From: an uncultured bacterium
GTDB taxonomy: Bacteria; Patescibacteriota; Patescibacteriia; Patescibacteriales; UBA12465
Direction: 5' to 3'
Length of the DNA stretch: 64,000 bases
Assembly (NCBI GenBank): GCA_903945435.1
Contig: CAJAVM010000025.1
Span: forward strand, 705-64,704
Shown here: in pieces, positions 26,244-36,300 of the stretch
How positions within the stretch are numbered: the first letter of the stretch is position 1
How the letters are laid out: each line of letters starts with the position of its first letter
Notes under the pieces: generated by a model
The model's database searches: none
Seen by the model: the letters and a program-made list of their open reading frames with translations, nothing else
What the model was told of the DNA's origin: nothing
Translations under genes and position numbers: made by a program

Positions 26244-28772
26244 ATGCAAATCAATAAAGTTACAACTTCCGATTTAAAAGTTTTACCGCTTTCGGATTTA
26301 TATACAATTACTAGCTCAAGTCCAGAAGGCTTAAAAACTGCAGAAGCTATCGAAAGGTCAAAACTTTTTGGTTATAATGAATTTAAATCAGCAAAGAAAG
26401 TATCTTCCATAATTCTATTTCTCGGCTATTTTAAAAATCCTTTAATTATAATTTTAATCGTAGCCGCTTTAATCTCAGGAATGACTGGCGAACTACGCAG
26501 CATGTCGATTATCTTATCAATGATTTTTTTTAGTATTATTTTAAATTTCTATCAAGAACATAAATCCAGCAAAGCCGCCGAAAAGATTGCCCGTCGTCTC
26601 GCCATTCAAGCAAAAATTAGACGCAACGGAAAAGATCAAGAATTTGATAAAAAATATATTGTCCCTGGGGACATCGTTTTACTCGCCGCTGGAGATATAG
26701 TCCCGGCTGACGGGAAGATTATTAGCGCTGATGATTTCTTCTTAAATGAAGCGAGCTTAACCGGAGAAAGTTTGCCGACCGAAAAATTTATTGATAATAA
26801 CAATTATATTTTTGCTGGAACTAATGTTATTTCTGGTTACGGTAGTTTTTTAGTAACCAATATAGGAATTACAACTGAATTTGGCCAAATTGCTCAAAAC
26901 ATATCAAGACCCGAAATAGAGAACGCCTTCGAAAAGGGTATAAAGAGTTTTGGCTTTCTTATTATCCGTGTAATCATTTTAATTGTAGCGATTATCTTTT
27001 TGATAAACGCTATTATGCATAAAGGTTTCTTAAACTCCTTTCTCTTTGCTTTAGCGGTTGCTGTTGGTGTAACCCCTGAATTATTACCGATGATTATGAG
27101 TATTAATATGGCTAAAGGCGCCGCTAAAATGGCCAAAGGCGGTGTTATTGTCAAGAAGTTAAACTCTATACCAACATTTGGCTCTATGGATATTTTATGT
27201 ACAGATAAGACCGGAACTCTAACGGAGGATAAAATAACTCTCATTAAACACGTTGATATTTTCGGAAAAGAATCGGAAAATATTTTTCTCTCAGCTTATA
27301 TTAATGGCTACTTCGAGACTGGAATAAAAAGTATTTTAGATAAAGCGATTCTAGAACATCAAACACTAGAAATGGGGCCATATAAAAAAATTGAAGAACT
27401 CCCTTACGACTTCAATCGCAAACGCTCTTCCATTGTTTACGAAAAAAATGGAAATCTAACAATGATTACGAAAGGGGCACCCGAAGAAGTTTTCAAAATA
27501 AGTACCGAATATTTTGATGGTGGAAAAGTGAGACCGCTAACTCCAGAAATTTTAAAACAAGCAAGTGCTATATATGATAGTCTTAGCAGCCAAGGTTTAA
27601 GAGTATTAGCAATTGCCGAAAAAAATATTACAGAAAGAAAAATGCAGTATCCTCTATCAGAGGAAAGCTGTCTTATTCTTAAAGGCTTTATGGCGTTTTA
27701 TGACCCGCCCAAAATAGACGTGAAAGAAACCTTAGTATTTATGAGGGAACACGGAATAGAAATGAAGATTCTTACTGGCGATAGCCCTCTGGTAACTAAA
27801 AAAATCTGTGAAGATATTGGTCTTGAAGTAAAAGGGATCATTACTGGTGCTGATTTAGACTTAAACAAATTAACCGATGAAGAAATTTATAAAAAAATAA
27901 AAGATGTGACCATCTGTGCGCGTTTAAGCCCGAGTCAAAAAGAAAAAATTATTATTGAACTAAAAAGAAATGGTTTAGTTGTTGGCTATTTAGGCGACGG
28001 CATTAATGATGCTCCATCTTTAAAATCAGCCGATGTGGGAATCTCAGTAGATAACGCCGTTGATATCGCTAAAGAAACGGCAGATATCATTTTAATGAAA
28101 AAAGGGTTGAAAGAACTTATGGATGGCGTTATTGAAGGAAGAAAAACATTCGGCAACACCATGAAATATTTACTGATGTGCCTTAGTTCTAACTTTGGAA
28201 ATATGTTCTCCATGATAGGAGCGAGCTTATTCCTTCCATTTTTCCCTATGACTGCTGGCCAAATTTTACTTAACAATTTTATCTATGATACTTCTCAACT
28301 CTCGATTCCGTCTGATAATGTTGATAAAGAATATTTAAAAAAGCCTAAACACTGGAACATAAAATTTATTAAAAAATATATGCTGGTATTCGGGCCTATA
28401 AGCTCTCTATTTGATTTTCTAACTTTCTATATTTTATTCGGAGTACTTCATTTAAGTGGCGGAACCTTTCAATCTGGCTGGTTTATCGAATCACTAGCAA
28501 CTCAAACTTTAGTCATTTATATTATCCGTACTCAAAAAGTTCCCTTCTTTGAATCCTGGCCAAGCAAGTTATTATTAGCTACTACCCTAGGTGCGGTTGG
28601 CCTTGGCGCCATAATTGCTATAAGTAAATTTGGAGCCATCTTCGGTTTTGAGCCATTACCAATTATCGCCTTCTTCGCAATCTTTGTAATGGTAATCATC
28701 TACTTAATAATGGTAGAGATTGTAAAACAGCAATTCTACAAAAGAACAGCTAGCGCTGAGATTATAAGATAA
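26244..28772 (+). CDS. P-type ATPase, MgtA-like Mg2+ importer type.
   Basis: DKTGTLT phosphorylation site, TGES, and GDGINDAPSLK. The MgtA-like C-terminal TM region contains SNFGNMFSM. Confidence 0.7.
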   Translation: MQINKVTTSDLKVLPLSDLYTITSSSPEGLKTAEAIERSKLFGYNEFKSAKKVSSIILFLGYFKNPLIIILIVAALISGMTGELRSMSIILSMIFFSIILNFYQEHKSSKAAEKIARRLAIQAKIRRNGKDQEFDKKYIVPGDIVLLAAGDIVPADGKIISADDFFLNEASLTGESLPTEKFIDNNNYIFAGTNVISGYGSFLVTNIGITTEFGQIAQNISRPEIENAFEKGIKSFGFLIIRVIILIVAIIFLINAIMHKGFLNSFLFALAVAVGVTPELLPMIMSINMAKGAAKMAKGGVIVKKLNSIPTFGSMDILCTDKTGTLTEDKITLIKHVDIFGKESENIFLSAYINGYFETGIKSILDKAILEHQTLEMGPYKKIEELPYDFNRKRSSIVYEKNGNLTMITKGAPEEVFKISTEYFDGGKVRPLTPEILKQASAIYDSLSSQGLRVLAIAEKNITERKMQYPLSEESCLILKGFMAFYDPPKIDVKETLVFMREHGIEMKILTGDSPLVTKKICEDIGLEVKGIITGADLDLNKLTDEEIYKKIKDVTICARLSPSQKEKIIIELKRNGLVVGYLGDGINDAPSLKSADVGISVDNAVDIAKETADIILMKKGLKELMDGVIEGRKTFGNTMKYLLMCLSSNFGNMFSMIGASLFLPFFPMTAGQILLNNFIYDTSQLSIPSDNVDKEYLKKPKHWNIKFIKKYMLVFGPISSLFDFLTFYILFGVLHLSGGTFQSGWFIESLATQTLVIYIIRTQKVPFFESWPSKLLLATTLGAVGLGAIIAISKFGAIFGFEPLPIIAFFAIFVMVIIYLIMVEIVKQQFYKRTASAEIIR

Positions 28773-28855
28773 CGCCCAATAGTAGAGAAGGTTCTGTATT
28801 TGATTTTAAGAGTCGCCTGTATTAAAATATACCTAGTTACTTAAAAATTATAAAC

Positions 28856-29668
28856 ATGAAAAAATTACTGACTTTCGGAATTTCGTGTCTTGTTTATCTT
28901 GTCTTACTTACCCTATCACCCGTAATTTTTATAATGGTAACAATAATATTCTTAGCCCCTGGCCATGTAGTAATTTATCTACTGAGAATAATTGTTTATA
29001 TTATAATTTACCTGATTTTTGAAGTAGGCAATCGAGTAAAAATTAGTGGAAGAGAAAATCTTCCTAAAGGAGAGCGTATTTTATTCCTCTCTAATCACGA
29101 GACTTTAATCGATTCATTCCTCATCGCCTTGGGAACGCTAACTTTTTGGGATGCTATTTTTCACCAAAAAAGAATGGCCTACAATGTTCCTGAAGTAAAA
29201 AATTTTTATTACAACGAATTTGTAAAAATATTTTTTACTGCCCTCAAAACTGTGCCCATATCTAGAAGCGGAGTTAGCCGAGCTAAAATAGAAGCACAGA
29301 TTAATCAATTTGCCAGTCTGCTGGAACGTGATAATCTGGTCATCTTTTTTGAAGGAACCCGCAGTAGGGATGGTGAGATCCATGAATGTCGCGTTGGACC
29401 AGCTTTAACAATTTTAAAAGCTAGGCCACGTTATGTGATTCCTATTCTACTCGACGGTATTCACTCTATTATGCCAATCAAGTACGGCTCTAAAATTAAT
29501 ACTCATATCAATATGGGTAATGTCGGAAAAATGGTTATTGGCAAGCCCTTAGATTTAGAAAAATTCTATCAAGGGGATTACAACTGGGATGATGCTATTG
29601 CAAAAAGCCCAGAACTACGAAAATTAATTGAAAATTCAATTAAAGATTTAAAAAAACCTCCCGAATAA
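28856..29668 (+). CDS. Lysophospholipid / 1-acyl-sn-glycerol-3-phosphate acyltransferase, PlsC-like.
   Basis: HX4D motif NHETLID and FFEGTRS motif, with an N-terminal TM anchor. Confidence 0.7.
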   Translation: MKKLLTFGISCLVYLVLLTLSPVIFIMVTIIFLAPGHVVIYLLRIIVYIIIYLIFEVGNRVKISGRENLPKGERILFLSNHETLIDSFLIALGTLTFWDAIFHQKRMAYNVPEVKNFYYNEFVKIFFTALKTVPISRSGVSRAKIEAQINQFASLLERDNLVIFFEGTRSRDGEIHECRVGPALTILKARPRYVIPILLDGIHSIMPIKYGSKINTHINMGNVGKMVIGKPLDLEKFYQGDYNWDDAIAKSPELRKLIENSIKDLKKPPE

Positions 29669-29680
29669 GGAGGCTTTTTT
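29652..29680. terminator. Weak hairpin with a T-run overlapping the plsC-like stop codon.
   Basis: AAAAAA-CCTCC-cgaataa-GGAGG-CTTTTTT. Confidence 0.4.
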
Positions 29681-29705
29681 ATTATAAATTTGAAGTGGGC
29701 CACTA

Positions 29706-30626
29706 CTAAATCTTTTTTGGAAATAGAATTGAGAGAATCATAGAAGCAGCTAGCGCAAACATAATAATACCAAAAGAAATAAAGGATGAGATATGTAAAC
29801 CAAATATGCCAGAAAGCATTTTTAAGCCAATAAATATAAGAATAAACGCTAAGCCTTTCTGCAAGTGATGAAAACGATGAAGAATACTTTCAATCAAGAA
29901 AAATAAAGCTCGCAAACCCATAATCGCAAAGATATTGGAAGTAAATACAACGAACAAGTTTTGAGAAATAGAGAATACAGCCGGGATAGAATCAACAGCG
30001 AAAATAATATCGGTAAATTCAACTAAAATCATTATCAAAAATAAAGAGGTGAAATAAAATTTTCCCTTCTCGCGCACGAAGAATTTTCCGCCATGATGAT
30101 TAGGGCTAAAAGGAAGAAACTTACGTGCAAGCTTTAAAATTTTATTATTATTAAAATCAACATGTTCTTCTTTTTTCTCACTAAAGAGCTTAACGCCAGT
30201 ATATAATAAAATAACACCAAATATATATAAAACCCAATAAAACTGATGAATGATATATGCTCCAGCGCTAATAAAAATTGCTCGAAATACTATTGCCCCC
30301 ATAATACCCCAAAATAGTACTCGATGATGATACTTTTCTTCAAGTTTAAAGAAACTAAAAATTAGCATGATAACAAAAAGATTATCAACTGAAAGCATTT
30401 TCTCAGTAACGTAAGCGCTAAAAAATTCTACCGCCATCTCCCTGCTAACAAAAAGGAAAATTAAAGAACCAAAAATAAGTGAAATAATAATCCAGAATAG
30501 AGATTGATACAAGGCTGGTTTAAATTCGACTTTATGGCTCTTCCTATTAAAGTAGCCCAAATCCAGAGCCAAAAAGCCGACTACGATAACTCCGAATAAG
30601 ATAGTAAGATTAGTTTGTGCATCCAT
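29706..30626 (-). CDS. TerC-family integral membrane protein.
   Basis: MLSVDNLFVIMLIF and AVDSIPAVFSI motifs. Confidence 0.75.
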   Translation of the reverse strand: MDAQTNLTILFGVIVVGFLALDLGYFNRKSHKVEFKPALYQSLFWIIISLIFGSLIFLFVSREMAVEFFSAYVTEKMLSVDNLFVIMLIFSFFKLEEKYHHRVLFWGIMGAIVFRAIFISAGAYIIHQFYWVLYIFGVILLYTGVKLFSEKKEEHVDFNNNKILKLARKFLPFSPNHHGGKFFVREKGKFYFTSLFLIMILVEFTDIIFAVDSIPAVFSISQNLFVVFTSNIFAIMGLRALFFLIESILHRFHHLQKGLAFILIFIGLKMLSGIFGLHISSFISFGIIMFALAASMILSILFPKKI

Positions 30627-30641
30627 AGATATTTACTTATA

Positions 30642-32183
30642 TTAATTTGATAAATTAACTGCATCTCTATAATAGCACAAAGAAACAGGATCGCCATACA
30701 CCAAGTACCAAGAGTTGTCACTAGATAAATGTTTAATTAGATTCGCATTCTCCTGTTTATTAGCAATCATAACTAAACTAATATTATACTCTTTTAATTT
30801 TTTTGCAATTACCGCCTCCGTACTAAAGAAATCTAAATATTCTTCCAAGAAAGTCTGCCCGTTAACTTGTATCTGGGGAAAGCGGCCATCAATAAATATT
30901 TTTTTAGTTTGATAATTCCAGATTAGATATCCTCCCCACTCATAACTATTAAAAATATTACCCTCAGCGTATTGGCCATTATTTTTTAAAAAATGTACTG
31001 CATTATAGGGATAAGATAAAGAAAAAAACTGAAAGGGGTCATTAAAAGATTTAATATTATAGATTTGCAGACATATAAGGAGTCCCAAATAAATAATAAC
31101 GGAGACTTTTAACAAGTTAATAATCAAAACGTTTTTGAAGAGTCGAAGTGCGCTACCGATTTTTAGTCGAAAAAAAGAATAGGCAACTAAAATAACCATT
31201 TCAAACGAAACAACAAATAGTAATGGCAGATGACGACGAGATTTCAAGCTTAAAAATACAAACATAATTGCCAAGAACAAGGGCCAGATATTAATCTTAA
31301 AATCTTTTTTAACAATAGAGCGATAAATATAAATTGCAACCGTAGAAATAACCGTTAGAATATAAGCAAGTTCCAAATAATTTAAAGGCCAATCAAATTG
31401 AGAACGCCATTCCTCTAATAACGACATATAGGCGGTATTTCTGTAATCTGCTAAAAAAGAATAAAGTTCCAATTTATAAGGAGTAAGCAAAGTAAGTATA
31501 AAAGCAGCTAAAGAAAAGCCAAAAAACACTAAAAGCTGTTTATTAGTTAAGGAGTTAATATTTAAAAAACGTTCAAAAATTTTAATACATAACCAAGCAC
31601 CAAGAAGAAAAAGGCCAATCAAAAAACTAGCATGCAAATTTGCCCATAGATAAAACAGGGGTAACAGAAAAAATAAATAACAGTAACGCCTTGTTTTTTC
31701 ATAATAAGAAATAACAAACAATTCTATCAATAAAAAAAACGGCGTTAATTCTTGAATTCTAACGCCGCAATAACGCAAAATAGCTAATAAGCCAAAAAAT
31801 TGCAAACTAGCGATTAATATTAATTTCAAGGGCTGTGAAGAGATTTTTTTATTAACCAACAAATTTAAGCCTATAAATACCACCAGAATTAAGAGACTAA
31901 ATAAAACAACTAGAGCCTGATAACCGAATTGATGATAAACCTTAAACATGATTGCGTTAGCAAGCCATTCATGGTCAACCCAATCACCCATATAAGAAAA
32001 GTTATATAAGTTTACAGAAGGAACAGCCTGAGTAAAAATAATATCTTGGCCAATTTTTAAATGCCAGCCCAAATCTGGGTCCAATCTCGAAAATGTATTC
32101 TTTAATAAAATAACAAAGACTACAAAATAAAAAAGAAACCAAAAGACGTGAGCAAATTTTATTTTTTTTAAATTATTCAACAT
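30642..32183 (-). CDS. Polytopic membrane protein, tentatively a GT-C-like glycosyltransferase.
   Basis: More than 10 TM segments, a first-loop DPDLGWHLKIGQD motif, and a soluble C-terminal domain. Confidence 0.3.
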   Translation of the reverse strand: MLNNLKKIKFAHVFWFLFYFVVFVILLKNTFSRLDPDLGWHLKIGQDIIFTQAVPSVNLYNFSYMGDWVDHEWLANAIMFKVYHQFGYQALVVLFSLLILVVFIGLNLLVNKKISSQPLKLILIASLQFFGLLAILRYCGVRIQELTPFFLLIELFVISYYEKTRRYCYLFFLLPLFYLWANLHASFLIGLFLLGAWLCIKIFERFLNINSLTNKQLLVFFGFSLAAFILTLLTPYKLELYSFLADYRNTAYMSLLEEWRSQFDWPLNYLELAYILTVISTVAIYIYRSIVKKDFKINIWPLFLAIMFVFLSLKSRRHLPLLFVVSFEMVILVAYSFFRLKIGSALRLFKNVLIINLLKVSVIIYLGLLICLQIYNIKSFNDPFQFFSLSYPYNAVHFLKNNGQYAEGNIFNSYEWGGYLIWNYQTKKIFIDGRFPQIQVNGQTFLEEYLDFFSTEAVIAKKLKEYNISLVMIANKQENANLIKHLSSDNSWYLVYGDPVSLCYYRDAVNLSN

Positions 32184-32493
32184 GTTCTAAAAAAATTTGC
32201 TTATCAAACCCTCCCCTTTCTGCTTTTCTTTTGTTTTTTAGCTCAGTAACTTCACTGGCTTCAATTGCAAATGCTTTCATGGTATAATCAAGAACCTCAA
32301 AAATATCTCCGAGCTCTTTTACGAGCTCATTACGGTTTGAAGCATTTACAGCCTCAGTAGATTCTTCAATTAACTTCTCCAACAAGGCCCACTTATAATC
32401 ATGATTATTTAAAATTCTTACTTTTGGAGTCTTCCCTGATTTAGTAATTATTTCCGGGATATTATCCCTCACCAACTTATTATAAGTTTCCAT
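32173..32493 (-). CDS. MazG-like nucleoside triphosphate pyrophosphohydrolase, small house-cleaning type.
   Basis: METYNKLVRDNIPEII start, an EE..E acidic helix, and a length of 106 aa. Confidence 0.55.
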   Translation of the reverse strand: METYNKLVRDNIPEIITKSGKTPKVRILNNHDYKWALLEKLIEESTEAVNASNRNELVKELGDIFEVLDYTMKAFAIEASEVTELKNKRKAERGGFDKQIFLEHVE

Positions 32494-32520
32494 AAATATT
32501 TTTAGGCTAACAATAAAAAT

Positions 32521-33318
32521 TTATTTATTCCTAATCTTTACTTTACTAAACACATATATCAAAGTAATAACAAAGGCAACGATACATAGGATAGTTGTAG
32601 CAATAATGCTCGGATAATTACCAGCAAAACCGGCCGCCGAAACATGCTTAAATAAAATTCCAGCATAAGCCCACACTAAAACTAGACCATAAGCAATATT
32701 CTTATCACTTAAAGTTCTTTTTACACCGATAGCCATTCCAACCAACAGAACAACACTAGTCCAAATATAATCAGCTATCCCGAAGCCATTCCAACCAAGG
32801 CTAACTAACAATACCGTAATATTAGCAATCGTTGCTACGGTAATCCAGCCAAAATAAACACTAAACGGAGTTAGAATCAGAAGTTTATCTTTCAATAAGA
32901 ATTTCTCTCGCTTTAAAATATCGGCAATTTTAATTAAAGAAAATAGTATGACGCCCATGATAAGGACCGAAATTGCGAGAAAATCATAGTGCCAAGCAAA
33001 AATCCACAAAGCATTAGCGATTGAACTAACGGAAAAATAAAAACCAATTTTTTTGAGCAACTCTTCGCGATTACTATTCTTATTATCTCTAGTTGGAATA
33101 AACTGATAAACAGTGTACATGCCCAATAAAAGATAAATTAGTCCCCAAATACTAAAGGTGAGGCCAGCGGGAGCAAATAAATTGAGATAGTTATCGGAAA
33201 TTTTTCCAGTAGAAATTCCATTTATCGGTAAAATGTTAGCTAAGGCATTAACCACAACCATCGCCACATAAGTCACAGCTACGAAAATTTTCACTAAAAT
33301 GTTGTTTTTTGTATTCAT
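32521..33318 (-). CDS. Trp-rich polytopic membrane protein, TspO/MBR-related.
   Basis: NALANILPINGISTGKISDNYLNLFAPAGLTFSIWGLIYLLL. Confidence 0.45.
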   Translation of the reverse strand: MNTKNNILVKIFVAVTYVAMVVVNALANILPINGISTGKISDNYLNLFAPAGLTFSIWGLIYLLLGMYTVYQFIPTRDNKNSNREELLKKIGFYFSVSSIANALWIFAWHYDFLAISVLIMGVILFSLIKIADILKREKFLLKDKLLILTPFSVYFGWITVATIANITVLLVSLGWNGFGIADYIWTSVVLLVGMAIGVKRTLSDKNIAYGLVLVWAYAGILFKHVSAAGFAGNYPSIIATTILCIVAFVITLIYVFSKVKIRNK

Positions 33319-33346
33319 ATTTTTATTAGATTAGATTACTAATTTA

Positions 33347-36300
33347 CTAGCTATTAATCTTTTTTCTAGTCACCGGCCCAAAAATTCCTATAGCCGGATC
33401 GATTTTATTAGCTTTTTGGAACTTAATAAGCGCGACCTTAGTTGCTTGACCAAAGTACAGAGTTTCTTTTCCCTTCGAGCCTACACCTGATTTAGAAACT
33501 GTATATCCGTGAAGATTAAGATATTTTTGTAATTCTCTAACATCATTGCTATTAGACCCTAACTTTAAATTATTCTTAAACAAAAATTTATTAGTCTTGA
33601 TAACGCTAGTAGTGGTTGCTGCGGGAGATAACTGGCTTACATCATTTTTGATTAAAGATTTCACTGTAATTTCAGCACGATTGATATAGGTATTAACAAA
33701 AGAAACTAAAATATCATTTTTTTTATCTCCATCCAAATCAACTTCTCGTCCCTCTCCTTTCTTAAGACTTATGGTCTGGGGTTTAGAAGAAATTGTTAAT
33801 GTAATAATATCAGTTGCTAAATTTAAATCGGAAATAAATAAGCTGTGGCCACCATCACTCCAACTGCTAGAACTTTCTGGGGCCACAAAATTAACTCGTG
33901 AATTAATATAACCCAAGATATTAACCCCATTTGAAGTCACAGGACTAATTGAGCGCACCTCGTTCATAGGAACAGAAATATCTGAAAGGCCACTACCAAT
34001 CGCGGCCGGTAAGGATATAGGATTATTGGAGATGATATCAGGGGCAGTCTCATCATCAACTGACGAGACAGAATAACTTAACCGAGATGCATTAGTTAAC
34101 CCATTACTATTGGTGCTATCAAGATTGATTAAGCCCGCGGTGGTTGGGTGTATTAAAAAAGTTTGAGTAGTTGAAGAATTAATAAAATTTAATATTATCG
34201 GGTTAAGACCAGCGCTACCAGAACCACTAGGAGTAATGGTAATATTACCAGTATATAAATCATCAGGGGTAACGGAGAAATAATCTGAATCAATATTTTC
34301 ATTGCCCGTAGCCGGACCAGAAAAACTAAAAGTGGTAGCTAGATAAATTTCAACAGATGCTGAAGCGGATGAAGAGATATTATTAGCTGAATCTTTGGCC
34401 CAAGCATAAATCATTTTACTCCCATAACTCGTAAACGTATGCGAACTAGGAGCGCTAGTACTCCAGGCAACATCATTTATCGCAGGTGCTGTAGATGATT
34501 CAGTTAAAGCATATCCCGTAACAGCAACATTATCAGAGGCGGTAAAACTATTAATATTAACCGTCAAAGAAGAGCTTGTTGCTTGTACAGAAAAAGAACT
34601 AACGGTCGGTACAGAAACATCGTTTACGACCGTAATAGGTTTATCAAAATGTACAGCCCAATTATATAATGTATTACCATACAGAGATGGCGCATTATCT
34701 GTATCACGTAGATTACCAGCAGCGCTACCACTATTTTGAGCACCTGGCGCTGACCCCGGAGTTCCAGTATAGGCATACCGTAAACGTTGACTATAACCCG
34801 TAGGGGTTCCGGATAAAGTTATTTTCACTGTATCAGCATCCAAGATTTCAACTGAATTAATTGTTGCTGAAGAGTTGGAGTCTGAATATTCAAAACCATA
34901 ATTAGCCCTTGCGGAAACCAAAGTAGTATCAAAAGCTAATTGGCCAGCTGGAACATGGAAATTTGCATAAATAATATTATTACTACGAACGATAGAATCT
35001 GGACTCAAAGGCCGCCACTGCTCTCTATCAATAATAACTTTTTTCATAATCTTTCCATAATATTCTCCTAACCATCTATAGCTTGTATTAGTTAAATGGG
35101 CATAATCCGAATAAGTTAAGAAGTATTTTGGACCAATAAGAAATATGCTATTAGGATTATTTTCCGCAGCCGCAAGTTGAGCCCCAGGAATAACTGAAGT
35201 AGCCGCATTATATCCAGTATAAGAGACCATTTGATCTGTAAAGAGTGGGACGTTATCTACCTGACCCGTTATTGCCTTAGCATCAGTTTCATAATCATTT
35301 TGCCATTCAACTAAGTAAGATTCGTATTCGGAAGCGGTTGTTCTCGCCTGATGATCAGCTTCACCATGAATAATCATTACCCCAGAAACTCTATCAGTCT
35401 TTCCCAAAACATTAGCAGCATTATAAACATTAGATATCTGAGTTAAGCCATTACTATAAACCGTGCTACCCTTTTTTAATCCAGAATAAGCAGTGTTTCC
35501 TAAAGCATTTAAAGTAGCGACTGCTTGATAGCTATTATTTTCAGATAACGCTGTTAAATTATTCGCCGCTGAACTACGTATAGTTTCCCGATTTGCTTCT
35601 GTTAAAGGGATAAACGTTACCCCTAGACCTTCGGTCCCTTCTAAAGTTTTATTGCTGTATGGTTGAGAAGACGATAAAACAGGGGTACCACCATACCCAA
35701 CAGCTAAGCTTTGCCCTGATAATAAAATATGATTAATAAAATCAACATTGGTTACTGGGCCAATAGCTAGACTAGAAACAGCATTGCCGATAGCCGGGCT
35801 AACTGTTGCAACTGGCGTAACTTCAAATTTTAAATATTTACCTAAATCACTTGAAGTAATTTTATATCTAATACTGGTAGCCCCAACAATAGGGGTATAT
35901 AACCCCAACAAAGAATCTGAACGCAGCCATCTATAAGTAGAGATAGCTTCTGTATCTCCATTAATATCATTAAAAGCATAAACTCCTAATACAACTTCAT
36001 TAGTAGCTGGTGCCCCTAAAATATAAGTCGAAGAAATAGTAGGAACTGTTGGTGTTCCAGAAACTGGAGTAGCGGTAACAATAGCCGATACATCGCCGTT
36101 ATTATTGCTACTAACAGCCGAGACTCTAAAGTTATATGCTAAACCGGTAGTAAGGCCGGTCACGACAGCTGCAGTAGAGGTAGAAACTCCATCATTAAAA
36201 GTATTCCAATTAGATAACTCGGAAACTAATTTATATTCGATGATGTAATCTATAATTTCAGATCCATTATTAGCAGTTGCAATCCAGTTTAAATTAATTT